From Mobula hypostoma (lineage: Eukaryota), in NCBI RefSeq assembly GCF_963921235.1, contig NC_086109.1:19842001-19906000 (forward strand): a DNA stretch of 64,000 bases, in the 5' to 3' direction. Below are positions 13,058-25,425 of this stretch, one piece after another (within the stretch, counting starts at the first letter, position 1; each line of letters starts with the position of its first letter). The notes beneath the pieces were generated by a model. It was not told the origin of the DNA, did no database searches, and saw only the letters and a list, made by a program, of their open reading frames with translations. A program made the translations under genes and the position numbers.

Positions 13058-13430
13058 AAGAAGTACAAGGTGGTAGGTGGTGGGTGAAACCGGGAGGAGG
13101 GCGAGAGAGGTGAAGTAAGGAGCTGGGAAGTCAACTGGTGAAAGAGATAAAGGGCTGGAGAAGGGGGAAACTGATAGAGGACAAAAAGCCATGGAAGAAA
13201 GGAAAGGGGGAGGAGCACCAGAGGGAGGTGATGGGCAGGTAAAGAGAGAGGGAAACGGGAATGGGAATGGTGAAGGATAGGTGATGGGGCAATTACCAGA
13301 TGTTCAAGAAATCGATGTTCATGCCATCAGGTTGGAGGCTACCCAGACGGAATAGAAGGTTTTTCTCCTCCAACCTGAGTGTGGCCTCATTGCAGCAGTA
13401 GAGGAGGCCACAGACTGACATATCTGAAAT
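13058..13430 (-). mobile_element. Penelope-like element fragment (GIY-YIG C-terminus plus terminal repeat)
   Basis: Minus-strand EATLRLEE...[13 protein letters not shown] remnant; homologous to 56733-57267. Confidence 0.7.
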
Positions 13431-14171
13431 GTCAGTGAATACTTGTGTATGGTTGAATGACAAAAAAATCCAACTTGAATGACTCTGACCTGATTAATTC
13501 TGGTCACATTTTAATTTGAACCCAAGCAGATCTCCAAGTCAGAGGACTGGTAAGTAAGGTACACTGACAGGGTTAACAATGTCACTAGCTGTAGTTTGAC
13601 AGAAGGAAATTGGCTGAGTTAGAATGATCTTGCTTTTATGACCAGGACATTCCTGGACAATTTTCCACTCTATTGGGTGGATGCCCATCTTCTATCTAAG
13701 CAGCAACCTGTTGGTTAAATGGTGTCAGTGGTTGCCAAGCAACAGCTCTGTTACGCTACAGCACAGAGGCATGTCCTCAGGTATTCTTAGTGCATCTGTC
13801 CCATGTCGGTTTCTTTCTCTGAAGGTTCTGGGTTCAGATCTGATGCCACAGACTTGGTGGCAAAAGCCAGGATGACACTCCAATGTAGGGCTTAAGGGAT
13901 GTGGCATTGACTTTGAATGCAAAATTGAACCGAATTTGTCTTCTGGCTGAATGTAATACAACCCATAGGTAATATTTGAAAAAGACCAGAGTTTGACAAG
14001 AGTCCAACTGACTGACATTAATTTCTCATTCACATATTAAAGAGATCTTCTAGTTATTATCACATTGTCTGTGGGGGCCCTTTTCACAAATTTTTTGTCA
14101 CTATTAACATCAATTATTTCAGCTGAACAGGAAATAATCTTTAATATTCTCTGCATTGCCAACGTGTGAAT

Positions 14172-14836
14172 CATGTGTGGGAACATCACGTAGTCCATGG
14201 ATGAGAATGTCACCTAGTCTGTGTATGAGAACATCACCTAGTCCTGATCATCACCTAGTCCACGTATGAGATCATCATCTAGTCCATGTATGAGGACATC
14301 ACCTAGTCCATGTATGAGAATATCACCTAGTCCATGCATGAGAACATCACTTAGTCTTGAACTTCACCTTGTCCATGCATGAGAACATCACCTGGTCTTG
14401 AATATCACCTAGTCCACAAATGAGAATATCACCTAGTCCATGTATGAAAACATCACCTAGTCCATGTGTGAGAACATCACCTTGTCTTGAACATCATCTA
14501 GTCCCTGTATGAGAACATCATCTAGTCCATGTATGAGAACATCACCTAATCTTAAGCATCACCTAGTCCATGCAAGAGAACATCACCTAGTCTTGAACAT
14601 CACTTACTCTATGTATGAGAATGTCACCTAGTCTGTGTATGAGACTAGGTGATGTTTAAGATTAGGTGATGTTCTCATACATGGACTAGATGATGTTTTC
14701 ATACACAGACTAGGTGATGTTCAAGACTAGGTGACGCTCTCATACACGGACTAGGTGATGTTCAAGACTAGGTGATGTTCTCATATATGGACTAGGTGAC
14801 GACCTGGTCTATGTTTGAGAAATCATCAAGTCCTGA
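14172..14836. repeat. Minisatellite of 24-bp (GAGAACATCACCTAGTCCATGTAT) and 17-bp (GAACATCACCTAGTCTT) units with an inverted block at 14642-14800
   Basis: Read directly from the sequence. Confidence 0.92.
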
Positions 14837-16148
14837 CTTGGGAGCATTGGTAATTGTTTTATTATCTTTTACATGTATTGATACACAGTGAAGTTTTTTT
14901 CTTTGTGTGGCATCCAGACAGATCATTCATATACATAAACCCCCATTCATTCCCTCATTCTCATTGGACTTAAATCTTGAAACACTCTCCCCAATCATAT
15001 TGTAGTAGCACCTTCATTAGAAGAACTACAGAGATTAGGCACCACCAGCAACACATTTCACTGCTTGTTTCGATGTATATGGGATAAGTAAATCTGAATC
15101 TGAATCAAATGCCTTCCTTGCCGGTGATCCCTGATACCAAAAATTAAGTGTGCTTGAAGGGTGACTAAGATAAAAGTACTCCTTCTTACGATGAGGTCAC
15201 CCATGATCCAGACACTGCAGGAACAGTTCCATATTAACTCAGGAACTAAAGAAGCACTTCCAAACCAGCCTCTCCTCCTCCAAGAACAAGGTCAGCAGCT
15301 GCATAGGAACACCACCTTCTACAGGCTCCCCTACAAATCATCGACTATCCTGACTTAGAAGTGCATTGCTAGTCCTTCATTACTGAGTCTAAGTGCCAAA
15401 GAACATTGTGGGAGTACCCCCACCATAAGGAATTTAGTGGTTCAAGAAGGCAATTTGCCATCGTCTCAAGGGTAATTAGAGAGGAGCGATGAATGTGGCA
15501 GGTCCCAAACTTGACTATAAGTAGACCGATGGTTTGACCCAAATCTACATGGTAGATGTGACCCAGATTACCTACATGGTTAACCACATTTTGGAAACAT
15601 AAGCAAGGCGAGGTACACCTCAGAATCCTGAATCCACTGTCTGTGTTCAGACCAAAAACAGATGGTGATGAGAGGCATGTGGGCTCACTAGAGACTTGAA
15701 CTGTTTATTGATACCAATTTATTCTGATACTTCCTGCATTGTCACTCAAATGGCCCCCTGCTGCTATGCAGGGTCTGCAGATGACAGTCACGTCAGTCCT
15801 CCCAAGATGGCATTAATGTATAATTCAACACAATGCTGAATGTTCCTTGAAGAAAAGAGGTAATTTAGTCACAAAACACTCCGATATTTAAAGTGCCCTT
15901 TTAATCTCCATCCAAAATGGCAAATCTGATACATTTTGACAAGAATTATTATAACTATCACTGAACATGGCTAGACAGTGTTCAGGGTTCATACAGACCG
16001 CCCATTCTATATGGCACCTCACAATCACATCATTTCCACTGTTGTAAATTATATTGGGGAGGGGGGGAATGTGTCTCCATGTATTATCAGCAACTTAAAT
16101 TTGCTTAGAATCATACAATCATGAAATAGTACAGGAGATAAGAAAGCT

Positions 16149-16267
16149 ACACTTTCAGTACGCTGAATGAGCTCAGCAGGTCGGGCAGCATCAGTTAGAA
16201 ACGATCAGTCGACGTTTCTAACTGATGCTGCCCGACCTGCTGAGTTCATCCAGCGTACTGAAAGTGT
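16149..16267. repeat. Near-perfect palindrome (55-bp arms, 2 mismatches, 9-nt spacer) made of Penelope-type terminal repeat
   Basis: 16149-16203 is the reverse complement of 16213-16267. Confidence 0.92.
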
Positions 16268-16740
16268 TGCTTTGATCACAGCATCTGCAGATTATTTTGT
16301 GTTTAAGATGAGAAAGCTGTTTGCTCCACTGCAAATACACCAATTCTTTCAAAGAACAACCCTGTTGTTCCCAAGCCAGACCTTCACAGTCCATTAATAC
16401 CTTTTCCCTTTCAGGTATTTAACTGTTTTGATGGACACCCGTGGACTTCTAGGGTGAAACTAAAAAATCTCATCAACACAAGAGATTCTACAGATACTGC
16501 AAGTCCAGAGTAACACTGACAAAACGCTGGAGGAACTTAGCAGGTCAGGCAGCGTCTATGGAGAGGAATAAACAGCTGATGTTTCAGGCTGAGAACCTAA
16601 CGGAACTACCCAACATGCCAAGTTCCTCCAGCACTTTGTGCGTGCTACTCTAAAAATCCCATGGCAATTTCTGAAGGTAAATGAGACGAATTGCAGTTGC
16701 TCTTACAGCAGTGTGTTGTGAAGCTTGATTGACAGTTGAT

Positions 16741-17431
16741 TGACAATATCAGTACTATTGATATTGACCCTATCTGTACCCTGTGAAATTCGGACCACTG
16801 ACCCTATCTGTACCCCGTGAAACTCTGAATTTCTGGCAATTGATCAGAATTTCACAGGGTACAGATATTGTCAGCATTCAGAGTTTCACAGGGTACAGAT
16901 AGGGTCAGTGGTCAGAATTTCACATGGTGCAGATAGGGTCAGTTGTCAGAATTTCACAGGTACGGATAGGGTCAGTGGTCAGAATTCCACAGGGTACAGA
17001 TAGGGTCAGTTGTCAGAATTTCACAGGGTACAGATAGGGTCAGTGGTCAGAATTCCACAGGGTACAGATAGGGTCAGTGGTCATAATTTCAAAGGTACAG
17101 ATATTGTCAGCATTCAGAGTTTCACAGGGTACAGATAGGGTCAGTTGTCAGAATTTCACAGGGTACAGATAGGGTCAGTGGTCAGAATTCCACAGGGTAC
17201 AGATAGGGTCAGTGGTCATAATTTCACAGGGTACAGATATTGTCAGCATTCAGAGTTTCACAGGGTACAGATAGGGTCTGCATTCAGAATTTCACAGGGT
17301 ACTGATAGGGTCAGTGGTCATAATTTCACAGGGTACAGATAGGGTCAGTGGTCAGAGTTTCACCGGGTACAGATAGGGTCTGCATTCAGAATTTCACAGA
17401 GTACAGATAGGGTCAGTGGTCAGAATTTCAC
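16741..17431. repeat. 34-bp minisatellite (CAGAATTTCACAGGGTACAGATAGGGTCAGTGGT), about 17 direct units preceded by about 2 inverted units
   Basis: Direct units 16845-17431; inverted units about 16765-16830. Confidence 0.92.
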
Positions 17432-17442
17432 GAATTTCAGAA

Positions 17443-17830
17443 TGAAACGTATAAGTTTATTAAGGGATTGGACACGCTGGAGGCAAGAAGCATGCTCCCG
17501 CTGATGGGTGAGTCCAGAACCAGAGGCCACAGTTTAAGAATAAGGGGTAGGCCATTTAGAATGGAGTCGAGAAAAAACTTTTTCACCCAGAGAGTGGTGG
17601 ATATATGGAATGCTCTGCCCCAGAAGGCTGTGGAGGCCAAGTCTCTGGATGCTTTCAAGAAAGAGATGGATAGAGCTTTTAAAGATAGCGGAATCAAAGG
17701 TTATGGGGATAAGGCAGGAACTGGGTACTGATTGTGGATGATCAGCCATGATCACAGTGAATGGCGGTGCTGGCTCGAAGGGCCGAATGGCCTACTCCTG
17801 CACCTATTGTCTATTGTCTATTGTCTATTG
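17443..17830 (+). mobile_element. Young CR1 LINE 3' end with (CTATTGT)n tail
   Basis: Open frame ...ESRTRGHSLRIRGRPF...NFFTQRVVDIWNALP; 3'UTR closely similar to 36376-36460. Confidence 0.85.
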
Positions 17831-18347
17831 ACAGGACAATTGTCCAATCATCCTCAATCTGGCTGGCTGTAGCACTGTCACCATATTTGGCCTTTGACCA
17901 ACTTTCGTTTCTTTATTGTCACTTGGTCTAGGCAGGTACCAGCATGAGGGAGATAGAAATGGATATGGAATTAAGACAGACAGGAGGCATTAGTATAGAC
18001 AGGTGTTGTAGTCAGTACAGACACCATGGGCCAAAGAACCTCTTTCTATGCTGTATGACTCCAACAAGGTCAGAAAAATAATGTGCCTGGACTGATCTTT
18101 TACCTCCTTACTTCTGCATGTTTTCTGTATGCTAATTTGCTGGGGCATTTCCTAGCTTACAACAGAGATTGTACTTCAAAAGGTAATTGATTGTAAAGTA
18201 TGTTAAGGTGCCCTGATATTCTGTAAAATACTACCTTGATGCATCATAGAAACAGTATATATACTATCTACTGCATAAGTTTTAAACATTTGTCTTATTT
18301 TACCAATGTTTATGTGTCTTTAAAGATTGCATGATACACTTGCTGAT

Positions 18348-19615
18348 ATCAGAATCAAAATCAGGTTTATTATCACCGGCATGTGATGTGAAATGTGTTA
18401 ACTTAGCAGTGGCAGTTCAATGCAATACATAATCTAGCAGAGAGAATAAAAATAATAATAAATCAAATAAAACATAAGAATAATAAATAAACAAGTATAT
18501 CAATTACATATATTGAAAAGATTTTTTTTAAAACCTGCAAAAACAGAAATACTGCATATTTAAAAAAAAGTGAGGTAGTGTCCAAAACTTCAACATCCAT
18601 TTACAAATCGGATGGCAGAGGGGAAGAAGCTGTTCCTGAATCGCTGAGTGTGTGCCTTCAGGCTTCTGTACCTCCTACCTGATGGTAACAGTGAAAAAAG
18701 GACATGCCTTGGGTGCTGGATGTCCTTAATAATGAACGCTGCCTTTCTGAGACACTGCTCCCTAAAGCTGTCCTGGGTACTTTGTAAGCTAGTGCCCAAG
18801 ATGGAGCTGACTAGATTTACAACCTTCTGCAGCTTCTTTCGGTCCTGTGCAGTAGCACCTCCATACCAGACAGTGATGCAGCCTGTCAGAATGCTCTCCA
18901 CGAGTGTATTTGTTGACGTGCCAATTCTCTTCAAACTCCTAATAAGGTGTAGCCGGTGTCTTGCCTTCTATATATAACTACATTGATATGTTAGGACCAG
19001 GTTAGATTCTCAGAGATCTTGACATTCAGGAACTTGAAGCTGCTCACTCTCTCCACTTCTGATCCGTCTATGAGGATTGGTATGTGTTCCTTCGTCTTAC
19101 CCTTCCTGAAGTCCACAATCAGCTCTTTCGTCTTACTGACGTTAAATGCCAGACTCCTGTACGCCCTCTCATCACCGCCTGAGATTCTACCAACAGTGGT
19201 TAAGTCTTCAGTAAATTTATAGATGGTATTTGAGCTATACCTAGCCACACAGTCATGTATAGAGAAAGTAGAGCAGTGGGCTAAGCACACACCCCTGAAG
19301 TGCACCAGTGTTGATCGTCAGCGAGGAGGATATGTTATCACCAATCCGCACAGACTGTGGTCGTCCGGTTAGGAAGTCAAGGTTCCAACTGCATAGGAAG
19401 GTACAGAGTCCCAAGTTCTGCAACTTCTCAATCAGGATTGTGAGAATAATGGTATTAAATGCTGAGCTAATGTCGATGAACAGCATCCTGACATAGCCTT
19501 TTGTGTTGTCTAGGTGGTCTAAAGCCGTGTGGAGAGCCATTGAGATTGCATCTGCCATTGACCTATTGTGGTGATGGGCAAATTGCAATGGGTCCAGGTC
19601 CTTGCTGTGGCAGGA
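18348..19615 (-). mobile_element. Rex1/Babar-type LINE, frameshifted reverse transcriptase plus 3' end
   Basis: DPLQFA...RSMADAI...[16 protein letters not shown]...[24 protein letters not shown]; degenerate FADD (FTED); TCTGA tail. Confidence 0.88.
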
Positions 19616-20217
19616 GTATCTGTCTTTATGCATTGAAGAGTACTAACGGGCAAAGTTCTCATCCCAGGGAACTAGACCTGAGTCAGACCAGCATACCTGG
19701 TGCCAGATCTGAGCGGCTGTGGCACTGTTAGAAGTGCTAAAGGTTGAGATTGCCATTCAGTTTGAGTCCATTTCAACACAGTCATAAAATGACACATCCT
19801 TCAAGCTAGTTAACAACATAGAGGGCTGTCTTTGAAGTTAAAGCATTTCCTTAATAATAACATATTATTTAGGATTTATAGTAAACATCAATGCTTCCCT
19901 TTCCTTTCCACCAAACATTCAAGAAAATAGAAAATCGAGCTTTTAATTTATTTACCTTAAAAGTACTTTTTTTTTATTTACTCTGTAGATGTTTAGCGAT
20001 GGACCAGATCAGAGTCCACAACCCAAAGACTGACCAATGTCTTGTTGAACATGAAGGAGGCCAGACCAACATTGCTCAGATTGGTGTGGTTCCCTTTCAG
20101 AAACTTTTTTTTAAAAAACAGATTAATAAAAGGAATACAGAAATGGCTTGTCCTGCTTAGACAAATTACAGAGAAACTCAGATGAAGGGGAAAGCACAGG
20201 CTGTTAAGTTCTGGGAC

Positions 20218-20636
20218 AACACACACACACAAAATGCTGGAGGAACTCTGCAGGTTGGGCAGCATATATGGAGGGGAATTAGCAGTTGACGTCTCAGGTT
20301 GAGCCCCTTCATTAGGACTGGAAAGGGAGGAGGAAGAAGCCAGAATAAGATGGTGGGAATAGGGGAAGGAATACAGGCTGTCAGCTGATAGGAGAAGTGA
20401 GGGGGGAGGGGTGGCGAATGAAGTGAGAAGCCGGGAGGTGATAGGTGGAAAAGGTAAAGGGATGAAGAAGGAGGAATCTGATAGGAGAGGAGAAAGAGAA
20501 GGAGGAGAGGCGCCACAGTGAGGTGATGGCAGGTGAGGAGAAGAGAAGAGATAAGAAGGAAACCAGAAGGGAAATGGGGAATGGAGAAAGAGTGAAGGGT
20601 GAGGAAGGAGAAAGAGGGGAGGGGGTGGGAGGGATG
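20218..20636 (-). mobile_element. Penelope-like terminal repeat inside the presumptive GPCR 3'UTR
   Basis: ACACAAAATGCTGGAGGAACTC... family signature; begins a few nt after the GPCR stop. Confidence 0.8.
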
Positions 20637-20639
20637 TTT

Positions 20640-20807
20640 TTATGTTCTAACAGCCAGACACTTGCGTCTACCCCTAAATCTGGTGACTGCTCGCTGGATT
20701 TCAGAGCGAAAATGTTGATTCAACTTGGTGTAAATGAAGGGGTTCACAGCAGCAGGAATGCAGGACAAAGCCATGGCAGGTGTCTGGATCTCCAGCAGCA
20801 ATGGCAT
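20640..20807 (-). CDS. Orphan GPCR coding exon 2 (MPLLLEIQ...AVNPFIYTKLNQHFRSEI...LAVRT*): TM7, helix 8, C-tail
   Basis: Acceptor tatttctttacag, phase 0 matching exon 1; supplies the NPxxY motif and helix 8 missing from the 368-aa ORF. Confidence 0.9.
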   Translation of the reverse strand: MPLLLEIQTPAMALSCIPAAVNPFIYTKLNQHFRSEIQRAVTRFRGRRKCLAVRT

Positions 20808-21071
20808 CTGTAAAGAAATAGTAGAGCGAACGTGGTTAGATTCACAGCTACTTGTCATTGCTTTCCCCCATACCAGCTTCTGGAAGCATTTGCCTCTTTT
20901 CAAAGACCACATGTGGTGACGGATGCTACCGCCAGCCAGAGTGGGGATAATTGGACAATCCTCCAGTCAATCAAGCCTCATGACTAAGATGAATCATATA
21001 CATATCTTATGGAAATATGCTACCATTTGCATCATCTGTATGTTGGCTTTTAGCGGCACCCATGTCCTTTC

Positions 21072-21525
21072 AACGCAGACTGGGAAACTGTTTCGCTGAA
21101 CACCTACGCTCTGTCCGCCAGAGAAAGCAAGATCTCCCAGCGGCCATACATTTTAATTCCACATCTCATTCCCATTCTGATATGTCTATCCATGCCTCCT
21201 CTACAGTCAAGATGAAGCCACACTGCTCCCCTCCCCCTTTCTTTCTCCCTAGGCCTCCCATCCCATGATCCCCTCTCTTCTCCAGTCTCGTATCCCTTTT
21301 GCCAATCAACTTTCCAGCTCTTAGCTTCATCACCCACCACCCCCACCCCCCTGTCTTCTCCTATCATTTCGGATCTCCCCTTCCCCCTCCCACTTTCAAA
21401 TCTCTTACCATCTCTTCTTTCAGTTAGTCCTGACGAAGGGTCTCAGCCCAAAACGTCAACTGTACTTCTTCCTATAGAGGCTGCCTGGCCTGCTGCGTTC
21501 CACCAGCATTTTGTGTGTGTTGCTT
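21072..21525 (+). mobile_element. Penelope-like element fragment (GIY-YIG remnant plus terminal repeat with hammerhead motif)
   Basis: RRLGNCFAEHLRSV...HFNSTSHSHSDMSI; CTGACGAAGGGTCTCAGCCCAAAACGTC at about 21430-21457. Confidence 0.82.
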
Positions 21526-21704
21526 GTCCTTTTGACTCACCACTTCAAAAATAGTGAATACTTCTGTTCCTAGCAAAGTCGATGATGTCACATTATTCTA
21601 CGTTTTCCTCCATTCTCCAGGTTATCATCCCTTCATTCAGCTTGCATATACCTTCCTGAAGTTTCTTTGCATCCTCATACCAACTCGCGTTCTCACATTG
21701 TTCT

Positions 21705-23575
21705 GTATTATCAGAGGACTACACATAAAAGAAATGATGTGATGCTGAGGCTTTATAAAGCATTGGTCAGACCACACTTGGACTATTGTGAGCAGTTTTG
21801 GGTCCCCTTATCTATGAAAATATATGCTGGCATTGGAGAGGCTCCAGAAGAGGTTCACGAGAATAATTCCAGAAATCAAAGGGTTAACGTACGAGGAGCA
21901 TTTGATGGCTCTGTGCCTGTACTCGCTGGAGTTTAGAAGTATGAGGAGAGATCTCATTAAAACCTATTGAATAATGAAGAGTGGATGGAAAAAGGATATT
22001 TCCTGTAGTGGGGGGGGAGTCTGGGACCAGAGGGCATAACCTCAGAATAGAGGGACATCCCTTTAAAACAGAGAAGAGGAGGAGGAATTTCTTTATCCAG
22101 AGGGTGGTGAACCTGTAGAATTCATTGTCACAGGCAGCTATGGAGGATAAGTCATTGGGTATCTGTAAAGCGGAGGTTGATAGAACATAGAACATAGAAT
22201 AGTACAGCACAGTACAGGCCCTTCGGCCCACAATGTTGTGCCGACCCTCAAACCCTGCCTCCCATATAAGCCCCTACCTTAAATTCCTCCATATACCTGT
22301 CTAGTAGTCTCTTAAACTTCACTAGTGTATCTGCCTCCACCACTGATTCAGGCAGTGCATTCCACGCACCAACCACTCTCTGAGTAAAAAACCTTCCTCA
22401 ATTAGAACTTTCCTTGAACTTCCCACCCCTTACCTTAAAGCCATGTCCTCTTGTATTGAGCAGTGGTGCCCTGGGGAAGAGGTGCTGGCTATCCACTCTA
22501 TCTATTCCTCTTATTATCTTGTACACCTCTATCGTGTCTCCTCTCATTCTCCTTCTCTCCAAAGAGTAAAGCCCTAGCTCCCTTAATCTCTGATCATAAT
22601 GCATACTCTCTAAACCAGGCAGCATCCTGGTAAATCTCCTCTGTACCCTTTCCAATGCTTCCACATCCTTCCTATAGTGAGACGACCAGAACTGGACACA
22701 GTACTCCAAGTGTGGCCTAACCAGAGTTTTGTAGAGCTGCATCATTACATCGCGAATCTTAAACTCTATCCCTCAACTTATGAAAGCTAACACCCCATAA
22801 GCTTTCTTAACTACCCTATCCACCTGTGAGGCAACTTTCAGGGATCTGTGGACATGTACCCCCAGATCCCTCTGCTCCTCCACACTACCAAGTATCCTGC
22901 CATTTACTTTGTACTCTGCCTTGGAGTTTGTCCTTCCAAAGTGTACCACCTCATACTTCTCCGGGTTGAACTCCATCTGCCACTTCTCAGCCCACTTCTG
23001 CATCCTATCAATGTCTCTCTGCAATCTTTGACAATCCTCTACACTATCTACAACACCACCAACCTTTGTGTCGTCTGCAAACTTGCCAACCCATCCTTCT
23101 ACCCCCACATCCATGTCGTTAATAAAAATCACAAAAAGTAGAGGTCCCAGGACAGATCCTTGTGGGACACCACAGTCACAATTCTCCAATCTGAATGTAC
23201 TCCATCCACCACGACCCTCTGCCTTCTGCAGGCAAGCCAATTCTGAATCCACCTGGCCAAACTTCCCTGGATCCCATGCCTTCTGACTTTCTGAATAAGC
23301 CTACCATGTGGAACCTTGTCAAATGCCTTACTAAAATCCATATAGATCACATCCACTGCACTACCCTCATCTATATGCCTGGTCACCTCCTCAATAAACT
23401 CTATCAGGCTTGTTAGACACGATCTGCCCTAGGTTCTTGATTAGTAAGGGTGTCAAACGTTACTGGGAGAAAACAGAAGAATAGGGGTGAGAAGGTTGAT
23501 AAATCAGGCATTATGGAATCGCAGACTAGACTTGATGGGCCAAATGGCCTAATTCTGCTCCTATGTCTATGGCCT
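21705..23575 (+). mobile_element. Older CR1 3' fragment split by a younger antisense CR1
   Basis: MLRLYKALVRPHLDYC remnant; sequence GAGGTTGATAG (ends 22183) resumes as TAGGTTCTTGATTAG at 23430. Confidence 0.8.
22184..23429 (-). mobile_element. Young 5'-truncated CR1 LINE (RT domain)
   Basis: [53 protein letters not shown]; (TTCTATG)n tail. Confidence 0.92.
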
Positions 23576-25326
23576 CATGGTCAAACTTGAAAATATTATA
23601 TTCAGTCTCCTAGACAAATAATCATTAGAGATTATGAATAAATGTAGCCCAAGCATTAACCCCTATGGTAACTCATTGGTCACTGTCTGATAACCAAACA
23701 GCTATTTATTTATACTTCAATTTTTATCTGTTAACCATCTCCCAACTTACACTATGTATAAAGCTCAGTTCATTTTCTCTAACTTGTTCAGAAATTTCTA
23801 TGAGAGACCTCATTGAAGATCTTCTGAAAATCTAAATCCATCACGTCTACTGGAGCACACTCATAAATCCTCAGAAAGACCCCAATGGGTTAATCAAAGA
23901 TGATTTATCTTTCATAAGTCCACGTTGGTTCTGCTCAATTATATCATTATTTTCTAAATGTCTTGATATCACTTTCTTTATTATGGATTCTACATTTCCC
24001 CAAAATCTAAAGTCAGTTTCAAAGTAATACATGAAACTAACCACGAGGTCAGTTAGTATCTTTGAAGTTATGGGTAAGCAAATTCTGGTCACAAGTGTAA
24101 CAAGTAAGGTGACTATAAGCAAAGGAAAAAGGGAGGGAGGGAGGGAGTGGGGATTTGAAAACAATCATTAAACACGCTAAGAAATTAGGAGTAATAACTT
24201 TAGTTAGATTGTATTTAGAGATTGTGGAACTTAAAATCAAGTTTGGACCATTTAAGATAAAAGTTAGAGTAACATGGTGGAAAACGAATTTGATGCATTA
24301 ATAGGCTGAGATTAGGGAAGGCGGCACGTGGTTGAAAATGGCCGGTGCATTAGGCAGTGACTGTAGTGAGAAGAAACTGAGTTAATATTAGAGCAACACA
24401 CATACACAGAATGCTAGAGGAACTCAACAGGCCAGGCAGCATCTGCGGAAAAGGGTAAACAGTTGACATTTCAGGATCCTCATTCCCTCTGATCCCAACT
24501 CTTAGCAACTTAAAACTAAATTGCTTCCTCACTTGCCTGCTATTGACAAGGAATCTTGGATTTGAAATATTAACTCCGATTATAATAACCTTTAATTATA
24601 ATTACCTTTCATTGCCTAACTTGCTGATGTTTCTAGCAGCTGATTTTGTTTTTATTTCAGATTTCCAGTATGCTTTTAATAAGTGTAGCTTGGTTCAACT
24701 AAGTCTCAGTATGTGCTTGTATGCTTCATTATTTGGAGTCTTAAATTATGAGTCTTCATCCTTAATTGATATGAATTTAAATTGCATAAAATGTCTAGGT
24801 ATGTGTTTACAATCAAACCACAATGATTTGGTGGAAACTGGAACTCAGGTATTGAGTTGGTTAAGCTAATTAATTGAAGTGTGAACAAATATGTATCTGC
24901 TATTTATTTAAATTATGTATGGTGTGAAATGTCTGGATGTCATAAATTTGACAGCCTAGATATTGAAGGAAAGAACATAATTGGAGCCTGTTGAGTAGAT
25001 ACTGTATACCCCCAATATAGCAGTCTAATCTTCCCAAAAATCAACTGCATTAACTCCATTTTAACACCAGAAATTTCACATGATTACCAAAGCAAGCCAA
25101 ACAAAAACAGCAATCACACACCACTGTAAAGAGGGCAGAGCCAGATTTTACAAATAATGTCTTTATTATCGTAGCTGTTAGCTGCATTTCTTTACACCTG
25201 AGCTAATGACTTCAGAGTTCTGGTCATCACACTGCTGGAAGGCCCTGGGGAGGGTCCAGGAAAGGTTGACCAGGATATTGCCAGGATTGGAGAGTATTGA
25301 CTATAAGGAGAGGCTGGACAAACTTA

Positions 25327-25425
25327 AAAACAAGAGAAAATCTACAGATGCTGGAAATCCAAGCAACACAAACAAAATGCTGGAGGAACTCGGCAGGCCA
25401 GGCAGCACCTATGGAAAAGATTCCA
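25327..25425 (-). mobile_element. 99-bp Penelope-type terminal fragment with 14-bp target-site duplication, inserted into a CR1 relic
   Basis: GCTGGACAAACTTA at 25313-25326 and 25426-25439. Confidence 0.8.

Noticed and set aside
17145..17342. Repetitive 65-aa ORF
   Set aside because: By-product of translating the 34-bp minisatellite.
14172..17431. CRISPR-like appearance of the two tandem arrays
   Set aside because: Units are contiguous with no unique spacers, there are no cas genes, and the context is vertebrate.
1..20000. Exons of a neighbouring gene such as KCND3
   Set aside because: I found no recognisable coding exon by eye; short exons or UTR could be missed.
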